Source: Candidatus Spongiisociaceae bacterium
GTDB lineage: Bacteria > Actinomycetota > Acidimicrobiia > Spongiisociales > Spongiisociaceae
DNA: 64,000 nt
Direction of reading: 5' to 3'
Assembly: GCA_965202665.1 (NCBI GenBank)
Contig: OZ241841.1
Coordinates: forward strand, 320,001 to 384,000
This document shows, piece by piece, positions 19,350 through 28,821 of this stretch. The notes under the pieces were generated by a model. It was not told where the DNA came from and did not search any database. It saw nothing but the letters and a program-made list of their open reading frames with translations. Position numbers and translations under genes: made by a program. Positions within the stretch are counted from its first letter, which is position 1, and the number at the start of each line of letters is the position of its first letter.

Positions 19350-20234
19350 ATGAGCGGGCGGGCCGCGGCGGTGGACATCGGCACCAACAGCGTCCGGTTG
19401 CTGATCGCCGAGCCGGATGCGGGGGCGGACGGCGGGTTGGCGGATGTGATGCGCCGGGAGGAGGTAACCGGCTTGGGGCGGGGGGCGGACGGCTCCGGGC
19501 GGCTGGACCGGACGGCAATGGAGCGCACCGCGGAGGCCCTGGCCGAATACGGGGGGGAGATTCGCCGGGCGGGTGCGGAGCGGGTGCGGGCGGTGGCCAC
19601 CGCCGCCGTCCGGGACGCCCCCAACCGGGAAGAGTTTTTGGAGTCGGCGGCCGGGGCGTTGGGTTTGCGGCCGGAGTGCGTCACCGGGGAGGAGGAGGGA
19701 CGGCTGGCCTTTGCGGGGGCGACCCTGGGTTCGGCCGACCCGGAGCGGACGACGGTGGTGGACATCGGCGGGGGCAGCACCGAGTTCATCACCGCCGCGC
19801 GGTGCGTTTCGGCGGACATCGGTTCGGTGCGTTTGACGGAGCGGCTCCTGCCCGGCCATCCGGCCACGGAGGATCAGGTCATCGCCGCCAAAATGACCGT
19901 CGCCTCCCTGTTCAACCATCTCCGCCCGCCGGTGCGGGAACGGGTGACGGGGGCGGCCGGAACTTGGACCAGCTTGGCTTCCATCCTGGTTTATCCGGCG
20001 GGAGCGGACGGGGCGGAGGTGGGTTTGACCGACCTGCTGGGGCTGATCGACCGCTTAGCGGGGATGACTTTGGAGGAGAAAAGGAGAATTCCCGGGCTGG
20101 ACCCGAAACGGGCCCCGGTGATCCTGGGCGGGGCGGTGACCGCGGCGGGGGCCTTGCAGGCGATGGGTCGCACTGAGGCGGCGGTTTCCGCCCGCGACCT
20201 GTTGGACGGGGCGGCGCTTTCGTTGCTCGGCTGA
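19350..20234 (+). CDS. ppx: Ppx/GppA exopolyphosphatase family
   Basis: AVDIGTNSVRL, VATAAVRDA, GEEEGRL, VDIGGGSTE. Confidence 0.9.
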   Translation: MSGRAAAVDIGTNSVRLLIAEPDAGADGGLADVMRREEVTGLGRGADGSGRLDRTAMERTAEALAEYGGEIRRAGAERVRAVATAAVRDAPNREEFLESAAGALGLRPECVTGEEEGRLAFAGATLGSADPERTTVVDIGGGSTEFITAARCVSADIGSVRLTERLLPGHPATEDQVIAAKMTVASLFNHLRPPVRERVTGAAGTWTSLASILVYPAGADGAEVGLTDLLGLIDRLAGMTLEEKRRIPGLDPKRAPVILGGAVTAAGALQAMGRTEAAVSARDLLDGAALSLLG

Positions 20235-20267
20235 CCGGGAGAGCCGCCCGCCCCGCCGGGCGCGCCC

Positions 20268-20480
20268 TTAGTGAATAAGCAACCGGCCCGTCGGGTTGAC
20301 CAGGGCGGGGGCGATGGCGGACATGTCCTCCATCTCCGGGTGGTCGCCCCACGCGGAGTCGGCGTGGTGGTCGGCGTGCCAGTGGTCATGGACGTCGTGG
20401 TGGGGTATCCCCAACGGACGTTGCAAAGACCGGGACAGGGTGAGTCCGATCCGCCTTCTGAGGTCTCGTTCGATCAGCAT
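20268..20480 (-). CDS. Small His/Asp-rich hypothetical protein (70 aa)
   Basis: AAAGGAG RBS before ATG 20480; HHDVHDHWHADHHAD; host-like codon use. Confidence 0.6.
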   Translation of the reverse strand: MLIERDLRRRIGLTLSRSLQRPLGIPHHDVHDHWHADHHADSAWGDHPEMEDMSAIAPALVNPTGRLLIH

Positions 20481-20655
20481 CGCGCTTCGTCTCCTTTCGC
20501 CCAAACGAAGAAACCGGACGATACCCTACCCGAATGCCGGGGACGGGGGGCGGATTTCCCCCGCCTAGCCGACGCGGCCCCGCGGGACGGCCCCCCGCCG
20601 CCCGCCCAAACCGGGCCGGCACCCGCCTGACCAGGCAAAACAAGGGGGTGTTTTT

Positions 20656-20677
20656 TGTCACGGAAGTAGGCTATATT
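20656..20677 (+). promoter_or_regulatory. PafBC/RecA-NDp-like promoter TGTCAC-N10-TA-N3-T
   Basis: TGTCAC-GGAAGTAGGC-TATATT; same geometry as the copies upstream of the HNH gene. Confidence 0.55.
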
Positions 20678-20746
20678 GAAAATAGCGGGACAAACGAAGC
20701 GGACGGAGGCAACCAAGCCGCCCCTGGGGCGGAAAGGAGTCACAAG

Positions 20747-21007
20747 ATGGCCAAAAACAAGGCCGCGCGCCTGGCCAGAAAGGCCGCGCGCAAAAGGAAA
20801 AGGGAGTTCGCCCGGGCGAATAAGTTGTTCCTCCGTTCACTCAACTCGGGGGTTCCCATTTCTATTTTGATGCCCGACACCCCCGTACACCCCAATCCCC
20901 CCTGTGCGTTGCTGAACCCCCCGTACAAGACCAAACCTCCCAGCCGGTCAAAATCCAAGGAGGAGACCCGATATTGCCGCACACGACGCTGGGTTTGCAA
21001 ACCGTAA
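20747..21007 (+). CDS. Small Lys/Arg-rich hypothetical protein (86 aa)
   Basis: GAAAGGAG RBS then ATG; MAKNKAARLARKAARKRKREF. Confidence 0.55.
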   Translation: MAKNKAARLARKAARKRKREFARANKLFLRSLNSGVPISILMPDTPVHPNPPCALLNPPYKTKPPSRSKSKEETRYCRTRRWVCKP

Positions 21008-21045
21008 TAAGCAGGCAAGTAAATCCCGTTTCAGAAAGGAAGGCG

Positions 21046-21306
21046 ATGTTCAACCGTAAGCCCAAAATGGGCTCACGCTCACAGCGGAGTTCCAGACGCG
21101 AACGTCTGCGCTCCAAGCGGGAATATCGGCGACGCCAGCACTTTGAGCCGAAAGGCGCGCAAGTGGTGCCAATAGTGCCGGTCACCGTTAAAACGGACGC
21201 TCCGTCCGCTATTCCATTGCCTCCCCTGCAAGAGGATACAGATCAGGCAACAGCAAATACTACCTCCCTAGAGACCAAGTTGTTATACCCAAAAAGAGAA
21301 TGGTAA
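21046..21306 (+). CDS. Small Arg-rich hypothetical protein (86 aa)
   Basis: GAAAGGAAGG RBS then ATG; MFNRKPKMGSRSQRSSRRERLRSKREYRRRQH. Confidence 0.5.
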   Translation: MFNRKPKMGSRSQRSSRRERLRSKREYRRRQHFEPKGAQVVPIVPVTVKTDAPSAIPLPPLQEDTDQATANTTSLETKLLYPKREW

Positions 21307-21399
21307 GTGATGGTGTTATATGAGGAGCACGGCCGTGGGACATCATCTCAGCCGCGAGGCGAAGCGGCGAACATGATGGGCGGAGGAAGGTGAGTCGTC

Positions 21400-22470
21400 A
21401 TGGGCGGGTATGACACGGGGCGGGAGGAGTTGGACCGTCTGATTGGGCGGGTCGTGGCCGCGGCCGGGGAGGGGGGGCATCCGGATCTGATCGCCGAAAT
21501 CATCACCACCGCCGTGAAACTGCATCGGGACGGGGCGGACAAAGGCGAGTTGAAACTGTTCAACGCCGCCCTCAAGGAAATGCGCTACTCGTCGCTGGTG
21601 TTCAACAATGCGGGCGAAATCCCCAAACTGACCATCTTCGGTTCGGCCCGCACCGCGCCCGACCATCCCGACTACCGGCTGGCCGGCGACCTGGCCGGGC
21701 ATATGCGCCAACTGGGCTGGATGGTGGTTACCGGGGCCGGGCCGGGAATCATGGAGGCGGGCAACCGGGGGGCGGGGCCGGGCGGGTCGTTCGGGGTGAA
21801 CATCCGCCTCCCCTTCGAAGCATCCGTCAACCCTTATATCGATCCGGAGCTGATCATCAACTTCAAATATTTTTTCACCCGCAAACTGGGGTTCGTGAAA
21901 GAGTCGCACGCCTTCGCCATCTTCCCGGGCGGGTTCGGCACGATGGACGAGGCTTTCGAACTGCTGACTCTCATCCAAACCGGCAAAGCCCCCGTCCAGC
22001 CGGTGGTGATGATGGAAGCGGAAGGCGGGTCCTACTGGGAGCACTGGCAGCGGTTCGTGTCGGAGCAACTGGCGGCGGGCGGAATGGTCGGCGAAGATGA
22101 CCGGCACCTGTACCGCTTCACCCATCGGGTGGAGGAGGCCGCCGGGGAAATATGCGACTTCTACCGTAATTACCTTTCGCAACGGCGGGTGGGTTCCATG
22201 CTGGTGTTGCGCCTGCGCCATGCCCCCTCCGACGAACAGGTGGAACTTTTGAACAACGAGTTCGGCCATCTGGCCCCCGGCGGGCGCATCGTGAAGATGG
22301 AACCGACCGCGGCCGAGCGGCGGGACGGCGACCTGTTGCATTGCGCCCGGCTGGGCCTGCCTTTCTCCGGCCGCCGCTACGGGATGCTGCGGGCGATGAT
22401 CGACCGCATCAACTCTTTCCCCGCCGAAGACGAAGGCTATACCGGCCCGCTCCCCCGCCCGCTTTCGTAA
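21400..22470 (+). CDS. LOG family (TIGR00730-like) Rossmann-fold nucleotidase
   Basis: TIFGSAR, TGAGPGIMEAGNRGA, FKYFFTRK, PGGFGTMDE. Confidence 0.92.
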   Translation: MGGYDTGREELDRLIGRVVAAAGEGGHPDLIAEIITTAVKLHRDGADKGELKLFNAALKEMRYSSLVFNNAGEIPKLTIFGSARTAPDHPDYRLAGDLAGHMRQLGWMVVTGAGPGIMEAGNRGAGPGGSFGVNIRLPFEASVNPYIDPELIINFKYFFTRKLGFVKESHAFAIFPGGFGTMDEAFELLTLIQTGKAPVQPVVMMEAEGGSYWEHWQRFVSEQLAAGGMVGEDDRHLYRFTHRVEEAAGEICDFYRNYLSQRRVGSMLVLRLRHAPSDEQVELLNNEFGHLAPGGRIVKMEPTAAERRDGDLLHCARLGLPFSGRRYGMLRAMIDRINSFPAEDEGYTGPLPRPLS

Positions 22471-22552
22471 CCCGCCCCAACGCCCGGCGCGTCCGCCCGC
22501 CGTCAGCCCCCGCCAAATTGTTAGTAATCCGCCAAACCTGTAAAATGGCCCC

Positions 22553-23290
22553 GTGAGGCAAATACTTTCCGATCTGGTGGCGGAACAACAACATCTGGAC
22601 CAGTTCCTGCAGCAAATCAACATTCGCAACTGGTCGCTGGAAACTCCGGCGGAGGGCTGGGACATCCGGGACACGGTTTCCCATTTGGCCCACATTGAAG
22701 AGTACGCCGGCGACGCCCTGAACGGGAGCGGCTCCCGCCTGGACGAGTTGGACGACTACCGGGATTTGAACGAGTTGACCGAAGCGGGGGTGCGCCGGGG
22801 CCGGAACATGCGCCCGCAGGATGTGATCGAATGGTGGCGGCTGGAGCGGGCCAAAGTGGTGGAGGCCCTGAGCCGAACCAAAGCCCGGGAACGGGTGCCC
22901 TGGTTTTTCGGGGACATGTCGGCCCGCAGTTTCGCCACTATGCGCCTGGCCGAAACCTGGGCCCACGGCCTGGACGTGTACGCGGCGGTGGGCGAGGAAG
23001 CGGAAGATTCGGAACGGTTGCAACATGTGCTGTTGCTGGCGCAGATGAGCCTGCCGTGGGCTTTCCGGATGGCGGGCTTCGACTACGACCAAGCGGTTCG
23101 GTTGGAGGGAATAGGGCCCATGTACGCCAAATACGTGGCTGGCCCGGAAGACACCGACCAGCTGATCCGGGGGCCGGTGGGGGAAATCTGCCGTATCGCC
23201 CTGCAACGGCTGGACCCTGATGACGCCGAAAACCTGATAGTCAAGGGGGACACGGCCGCCGCCGCCGTGCAAGTAATGCGCACCTATTAA
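22553..23290 (+). CDS. Maleylpyruvate isomerase (MDMPI/DinB) family metal-binding protein
   Basis: TPAEGWDIRDTVSHLA, RLAETWAHGLD; TAAAAT -10 box 6 nt before GTG. Confidence 0.85.
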   Translation: MRQILSDLVAEQQHLDQFLQQINIRNWSLETPAEGWDIRDTVSHLAHIEEYAGDALNGSGSRLDELDDYRDLNELTEAGVRRGRNMRPQDVIEWWRLERAKVVEALSRTKARERVPWFFGDMSARSFATMRLAETWAHGLDVYAAVGEEAEDSERLQHVLLLAQMSLPWAFRMAGFDYDQAVRLEGIGPMYAKYVAGPEDTDQLIRGPVGEICRIALQRLDPDDAENLIVKGDTAAAAVQVMRTY

Positions 23291-23331
23291 ACGGGCCGCC
23301 CCGCACCCGTTTAGACGGGCCGCCCCGCACC
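23291..23331. repeat. 17-bp direct repeat overlapping a short hairpin
   Basis: ACGGGCCGCCCCGCACC at 23291 and 23315; TAAACGGG...CCCGTTTA inverted repeat. Confidence 0.7.
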
Positions 23332-23355
23332 GGTCGGCACGCCCGGAGGACGACG

Positions 23356-24132
23356 ATGGGTGATTTGTTTATGGTCGGGATGGTCCATCTGGGCCCGCTC
23401 CCCGGCTCCCCCCGCTATACCGGCGACTTCCCGCAGGTGCTGGAACAGGCGGTCGCCGATGCGGCCATCCTGCAGGAAACCGGGTGGAATGCGGCGTTGG
23501 TGGAAAACTTCGGAGACGCCCCTTTCTACGCCGATGACGTCCCGGACATTACGGTGGCGGCGATGACCCGGGCGGTGGCGGAGGTGCGGCAGGCGGTAAC
23601 CATCCCGGTGGGGGTGAACATGTTGCGCAACGATGCGCAGGCGGCCCTGGCGGTGACGGCGGCCTGCGGAGGAAGTTTCATCCGGGTGAATGTGCTGTCG
23701 GGGACGATGTTCACCGACCAGGGAATAATCGAAGGCAAAGCGGCCGAGTTGTCCCGCCTGCGCCGCACCCTGGGAGCGGAAGTGGAATTCTGGGCGGACG
23801 TGTTCGTAAAACACGCCGTCCCGCCCCCCGGCACAGAAATAGGAGCCGCCGCCAAAGACCTGTGGGAGCGAGCCGGGGCCGACGCCCTGATAGTGTCCGG
23901 CCCCGCCACCGGCCATCCGCTAAACGACCAGGACCTACGCCAGGTGCGGCAGGCCCTCCCCCAAGCCCGCCTAATAGCCGGTTCCGGAGTAACCCCCGCC
24001 AACATAACCGCCCTAACCCCCCACATAGACGGAGCCATAGTAGGAACCGCCCTAAAACAAGAAAACCAACCCCAAAACCCAATAGACCCCACCCAAGCCC
24101 AAACTATAATAAAAGCCGCCCACCCCCGCTAA
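23356..24132 (+). CDS. BtpA/SgcQ family TIM-barrel protein
   Basis: GMVHLGPLPGSP, VENFGDAPF, GVNMLRND, ADVFVKHA, GSGV, DGAIVGT. Confidence 0.92.
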   Translation: MGDLFMVGMVHLGPLPGSPRYTGDFPQVLEQAVADAAILQETGWNAALVENFGDAPFYADDVPDITVAAMTRAVAEVRQAVTIPVGVNMLRNDAQAALAVTAACGGSFIRVNVLSGTMFTDQGIIEGKAAELSRLRRTLGAEVEFWADVFVKHAVPPPGTEIGAAAKDLWERAGADALIVSGPATGHPLNDQDLRQVRQALPQARLIAGSGVTPANITALTPHIDGAIVGTALKQENQPQNPIDPTQAQTIIKAAHPR

Positions 24133-24135
24133 CCT

Positions 24136-26265
24136 CTACAACGGGCCATCTCCCCTCGGTTGCCAAGCCCATCTAGAAACATGATCAGCCAGCTTACGAA
24201 CACCAGAACCGTCCAACTCCACCACCCACAACCCCCCGTCACTCGCAGTAAAGGAGATCCGTCCATCATCCGGCGACTCTTCCCACCGTGTAACATCGTC
24301 TGCTAATAGACGATTGCCCGAACCATCCAAACCCATCACCCACAACTCCCTAGTCGCGTTGTTAGAAGAATCTCGCACAGCCACCTCATATATTATTTGG
24401 TCTCCAGTCCCCTTTCCGTAACTATAAATAGTGACATCGCTAGTCAACTGACGATTGCCCGAACCGTTCAACCCCGCCACCCATAACTCCGAGCCTACCA
24501 CAGTCCGACTAGAATTCCTCACTTTTATCTCATAGATAATGCTCTCCCTACTCAATATCCAATTCCAACCTCCCACAATATCATCGGCCAGTTGACGAGC
24601 GTTCGAACCATCCGCCTCCGCCACCCACAACCCCGTACCCAACCATTTACCAAACTCCCACACTTTCGACTCAAAAGCTATCCGATCTCCACTGGACGAC
24701 CACGCCCACCTATAAGCAAAATCTTTAGTTAACTGATGCTCCATCAAACCATCCAATTTCATCACCCACAACTCATCTGCCATTTTATTACCAGAATTAT
24801 CTCGCATCCTCACCATATAAACAATCCGCTCCCCATCAGGTGACCACTCCCAATCACCAACGTCATCGGTTAAACGATTAATACCCGAACCATCCACCGC
24901 TACCACCCATAACTCCTCATAGGTATGCCGACCATAAGTCTTATAGGCGATCCGTTCCCCATCTGGTGACCACTCCAAATCCTGATTCCAACGAAACTCG
25001 TTACTCAACCGACGAGCACCCGAACCATCCACCGTCGCCACCCACAACTCATACTCCTCAGATCCCAAATTCCCTTGCTTATTTACTAGATACGCAATCC
25101 TTTCCCCATCCGGCGACCACCACCAACGATAAAAATCATCTGTCAACTGACGAGGGCTTGAACCATCTGCACCCGCTACCCACAAATTCTGGCCAGCCTC
25201 ATTACCGCGAAAATCGCGTAACGCAATATTATAGGCGATTCTATTCCCATCTGGCGACCACTCCCAGCTCCAACCAACATCGTAGCGGCGGAGCGGTCTT
25301 TCAATATAACGGAGGGCATCCGGCGACCACTCCCCAGTCCAACCAACATCAGTCCAACCAACATCGTTCGTTAACCGACGAGCACCCGAGCCATCCGCAC
25401 CCGCTACCCACAACTCATAAGCCACCTCTTCGCCAAGTGAATCGTACACCGAAACCCGATACCCAATTCGCTCCCCACCCGGCGACCACCCATAAACACC
25501 AAAATCATAGGGTAGATCATCGGTCAACCGACGAGTGCCCGAACCATCAGACTCCTCCACCCACAATTCCCCACCCACTCGATACGCAATCCGTTCCCCA
25601 TCGGGCGACCAATAATCATCATCAGAGACCCAACCGGGTAACCGACGCGCACTCGAACCATCGGCCTCAACTACCCACTCCTCAGAGGATACTTGATCGC
25701 CAGCTGAATCGTATTTTGGGACTGTGTAGGCGATTTTGCGGGCGGGCGGGGTCAGGTCGTTTAGGGCTTGGGTGCCTTGGCGCATGAATGTTGCTAGGTC
25801 TGCCCGGGTGGAACCGGCGGGGAACGCCCGACTGGCTACCGTTGCGATCTGGTTGGGGGTTATGGTTCGGTCGGGGCGGAAGGCGCCGTCTGGGTAGCCT
25901 TGGAACCAGCCCTGTTCCACCGCGTAGGCTATATCCCCGCTTTGGGGGTGCGACTCTGCCACATCGTCGAAATCGGCGGAACCGTCGGGGTCGCCCGGGT
26001 TGCCTCCCCTTAGGAAAGTGGCTAGATCGGCCCGGGTGGAACCTGTGGGGAACGCCCGGTTGATTACCGTCGCTATCTGATTTTGGGGAACCTCCCGATT
26101 GGGGCTGAAAGTCCCCCCGGGGTAGCCCTGAAACCAGCCTTGTTCACAGGCGTAGACGATGTCAGCCTGTTGCGGACCGGACTGCGGCACATCGGAAAAC
26201 CGGCAACCAGTCCCATCCTGGGCACCAAGCGGGGAGACGGCCGCCGTCAAACACGCCGCCGCCAA
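24136..26265 (-). CDS. Surface protein: 2 SLH domains + TolB/PD40-like beta-propeller repeats (copy 1; native start codon appears damaged)
   Basis: FSDVP...GWFQGYPxGxFxP...TRADLATF twice; repeated ELWVxxxDGSxxRxL...WSPDGERIAY. Confidence 0.85.
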   Translation of the reverse strand: MAAACLTAAVSPLGAQDGTGCRFSDVPQSGPQQADIVYACEQGWFQGYPGGTFSPNREVPQNQIATVINRAFPTGSTRADLATFLRGGNPGDPDGSADFDDVAESHPQSGDIAYAVEQGWFQGYPDGAFRPDRTITPNQIATVASRAFPAGSTRADLATFMRQGTQALNDLTPPARKIAYTVPKYDSAGDQVSSEEWVVEADGSSARRLPGWVSDDDYWSPDGERIAYRVGGELWVEESDGSGTRRLTDDLPYDFGVYGWSPGGERIGYRVSVYDSLGEEVAYELWVAGADGSGARRLTNDVGWTDVGWTGEWSPDALRYIERPLRRYDVGWSWEWSPDGNRIAYNIALRDFRGNEAGQNLWVAGADGSSPRQLTDDFYRWWWSPDGERIAYLVNKQGNLGSEEYELWVATVDGSGARRLSNEFRWNQDLEWSPDGERIAYKTYGRHTYEELWVVAVDGSGINRLTDDVGDWEWSPDGERIVYMVRMRDNSGNKMADELWVMKLDGLMEHQLTKDFAYRWAWSSSGDRIAFESKVWEFGKWLGTGLWVAEADGSNARQLADDIVGGWNWILSRESIIYEIKVRNSSRTVVGSELWVAGLNGSGNRQLTSDVTIYSYGKGTGDQIIYEVAVRDSSNNATRELWVMGLDGSGNRLLADDVTRWEESPDDGRISFTASDGGLWVVELDGSGVRKLADHVSRWAWQPRGDGPL

Positions 26266-26331
26266 CCACAGCCACCACCATCGAAACCGGCCCTGATTAA
26301 CGATGATATGCGTCTTCCACTACGAACTGGA

Positions 26332-26595
26332 CGGTTCGGAGAAGCCCACGCCTAGCAGGTACCGTTGGGCGTCGGGATCGTTGATTATCTCGTTGGTGGA
26401 CATTCGGCGACTATGTTACAGGAAACCACCACCAGATGCCGTTCCGCCACCGCCGACCTGCGGGAGCGCGCCGGAGCCGACGCCCTGACAGTGTCCAGCC
26501 CCGCAACCGGCCATCCGCTAAACAACCAATATCTACGCCAGGCGCGACAAGTTCTCCCCCAAGTCTAATAGAGGCCACCCGACCCCGCTAACCAC
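26332..26595. pseudogene. Chimeric duplication scar: decayed livF 3' fragment joined to decayed btpA 3' fragment
   Basis: 26332-26456 aligns by eye to 30462-30587; 26455-26565 to 23857-23967; CCCCGCTAACC matches the btpA stop region. Confidence 0.85.
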
Positions 26596-26636
26596 CACCT
26601 GAACCCCACCCCGCCTATTTCAGCAATGAAACGGGC

Positions 26637-28796
26637 CTAACGCTCCATTGGTTGCCATAACCAAATATCAACATCTTCAACCAATTTACGAACACCCGAA
26701 CCATCAGCCCCTGCCACCCACAACTCTGAGCCTGCTTTACTACCAGAAGAATCTACTACATAGGCAATCCACTCCCCATCAGATGACCACCTCCAATCAT
26801 TAATGGCAACCGCATCAGCTATCTTATGGGGGGAGGTATCCCCTCCCGTTACCCATAACTCCACGCCCACCTTATTTCCAGAAGAATCTCGTTTATTTAC
26901 CCCATAAACTATTTTCTCGCTATTAGGCAACCATCCCCAAATATTATTAGCAATATCATCTATTAACCGATTAGGGTTCAATCCACCCGACTCCACTATC
27001 CACAACTCAGAGCCCACCACACTCCGTCGAGGATCCCTTTTTTTGACCTCATAGGCAATCCTCTCCCCACTCGGCGACCATCCCCAACTTTGAATATCAT
27101 TTGCTATCTGCCTAGTATTCGAACCATCAGCATCCGCCAACCACAACCCCGTACCCAACCATTTACCAAACTCATATACTCTCGACTCATAAGCGATACG
27201 ATCCCCACCGGACGACTTCCCCCAGTTATAAGCAAAATCATCAGTTAATCGACGAGTGCTAGACCCATCCACACCGGCAACCCACAGCTCTTTAGCCTCC
27301 ACGCTTCCAGGAGAATAAGGACACTCGTCTAAAGTTACCTCTAAAACAATACTCTGCCCATCGGACCACCACAAATCGCTAAACGGCGATCCCCCACACC
27401 TATTATCACTTGGGATTAACCGACGAGCACCCGAACCATCTAGTCCCACCACCCACAACTCCCAACCAAAGTCCATTGAAATACTTTCATAAGCAATCCA
27501 CCTACCCCCCGGTGACCACCAAAAATCTTCCCTGATGTTGTTTATCAGCTGACGAGCACCCGAACCATCCGCCTCCTCTACCCATAACTCCTCATCCACC
27601 CGATACGCAATCCGCTCCCCATCTGGTGACCACCCCATGAGAGACCCCCACCACCATCTAGAAGCAAGGTCCGTCATCTGACGAGAATTTGAACTATCCG
27701 CACCTGCTACCCACAACTTCTCCCCAATCTCATTACCGCGAAAATCGCGTAATACAACATTATAGGCGATGCGATTTCCATCCGGTGACCACCGCCAAGC
27801 AGAACCAACATCGTCCGTCAGTCTACGAGCACCCGAACCATCCGCTTCCTCCACCCATAACTCATAAGCCACCTCGTCGCCAAGTTTATCGTATACCGGA
27901 ACCCTAAACGCAATCCGCTCCCCATCCGGCGACCACTCCCAACCAGGGCGCCACCCCCAACCACGAACATCGTCGGTTAAACGCTTGGCATCTGAACCAT
28001 CCGCCTCCTCCACCCATAACTCTTCATCCACCCGATACGCAATCCGCTCCCCATCCGGTGACCACTGCCACCACCGCCACCAATAATAATCATGAGAGAC
28101 ATAACCGGTTAACCGACGGGTGCCCGAACCATCGGCTTCAGCTACCCATACCTCAGAGGCTACCTGATCGCCGGATGAATCGTATTGTGGGACTGTGTAG
28201 GCTATTTTGCGGGGGGAGGATGGGGTCAGGTCGTTTAGGGCTTGGGAGCCCCTTCGCATGAATGTCGCTAAGTCGGCACGGGTGGAACCGGCGGGGAACG
28301 CCCGACTGGCCACCACCGCTATCTGGGTTGGGGTTATGGTTCGGTCGGGTCGGAAGGTGCCGTCCGGGTAGCCCTGGAACCAGCCCTGCTCCACCGCGTA
28401 GGCTATATCCCCGTTTTGGGGGTGCGACTCTGCTACATCGTCGAAATCGGCGGAACCGTCGGGGTCGCCCGGGTTGCCTCCCCTCAGGAACGTGGCTAGA
28501 TCGGCCCTGGTGGAACCGGTGGGGAACGCCCGGCTGACAACCACCGCTATCTGATTTTGGGGAACCTCCCGATCGGGGCTGAAAGTGCCACCCGGGTAAC
28601 CCTGAAACCACCCTTGTTGGCAGGCGTAGACGATGTCAGCCTGTTGCGGACCGGACTGCGGCACATCGGAAAACCGACACCCCGTCCCGTCCTGGGCGCC
28701 GAGCGGGGAAACGGCCGCCGTCAAACACGCCGCCGCCAACCACAGCAACCACCATAGGAGCCGACTCTGCTTGCCGATGATGCGCATCATTCCCAT
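26637..28796 (-). CDS. Surface protein: signal peptide + 2 SLH + TolB/PD40-like propeller repeats (copy 2)
   Basis: N-terminal region nearly identical to copy 1; same WSPDGERIAY repeats. Confidence 0.88.
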   Translation of the reverse strand: MGMMRIIGKQSRLLWWLLWLAAACLTAAVSPLGAQDGTGCRFSDVPQSGPQQADIVYACQQGWFQGYPGGTFSPDREVPQNQIAVVVSRAFPTGSTRADLATFLRGGNPGDPDGSADFDDVAESHPQNGDIAYAVEQGWFQGYPDGTFRPDRTITPTQIAVVASRAFPAGSTRADLATFMRRGSQALNDLTPSSPRKIAYTVPQYDSSGDQVASEVWVAEADGSGTRRLTGYVSHDYYWWRWWQWSPDGERIAYRVDEELWVEEADGSDAKRLTDDVRGWGWRPGWEWSPDGERIAFRVPVYDKLGDEVAYELWVEEADGSGARRLTDDVGSAWRWSPDGNRIAYNVVLRDFRGNEIGEKLWVAGADSSNSRQMTDLASRWWWGSLMGWSPDGERIAYRVDEELWVEEADGSGARQLINNIREDFWWSPGGRWIAYESISMDFGWELWVVGLDGSGARRLIPSDNRCGGSPFSDLWWSDGQSIVLEVTLDECPYSPGSVEAKELWVAGVDGSSTRRLTDDFAYNWGKSSGGDRIAYESRVYEFGKWLGTGLWLADADGSNTRQIANDIQSWGWSPSGERIAYEVKKRDPRRSVVGSELWIVESGGLNPNRLIDDIANNIWGWLPNSEKIVYGVNKRDSSGNKVGVELWVTGGDTSPHKIADAVAINDWRWSSDGEWIAYVVDSSGSKAGSELWVAGADGSGVRKLVEDVDIWLWQPMER

Positions 28797-28821
28797 TTTC
28801 TATGAAGCGGACGATTCGGAA

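Noticed and set aside
24136-28796. Diversity-generating retroelement targets
   Set aside because: No reverse transcriptase in the window and no TR/VR pair differing only at adenines was seen.
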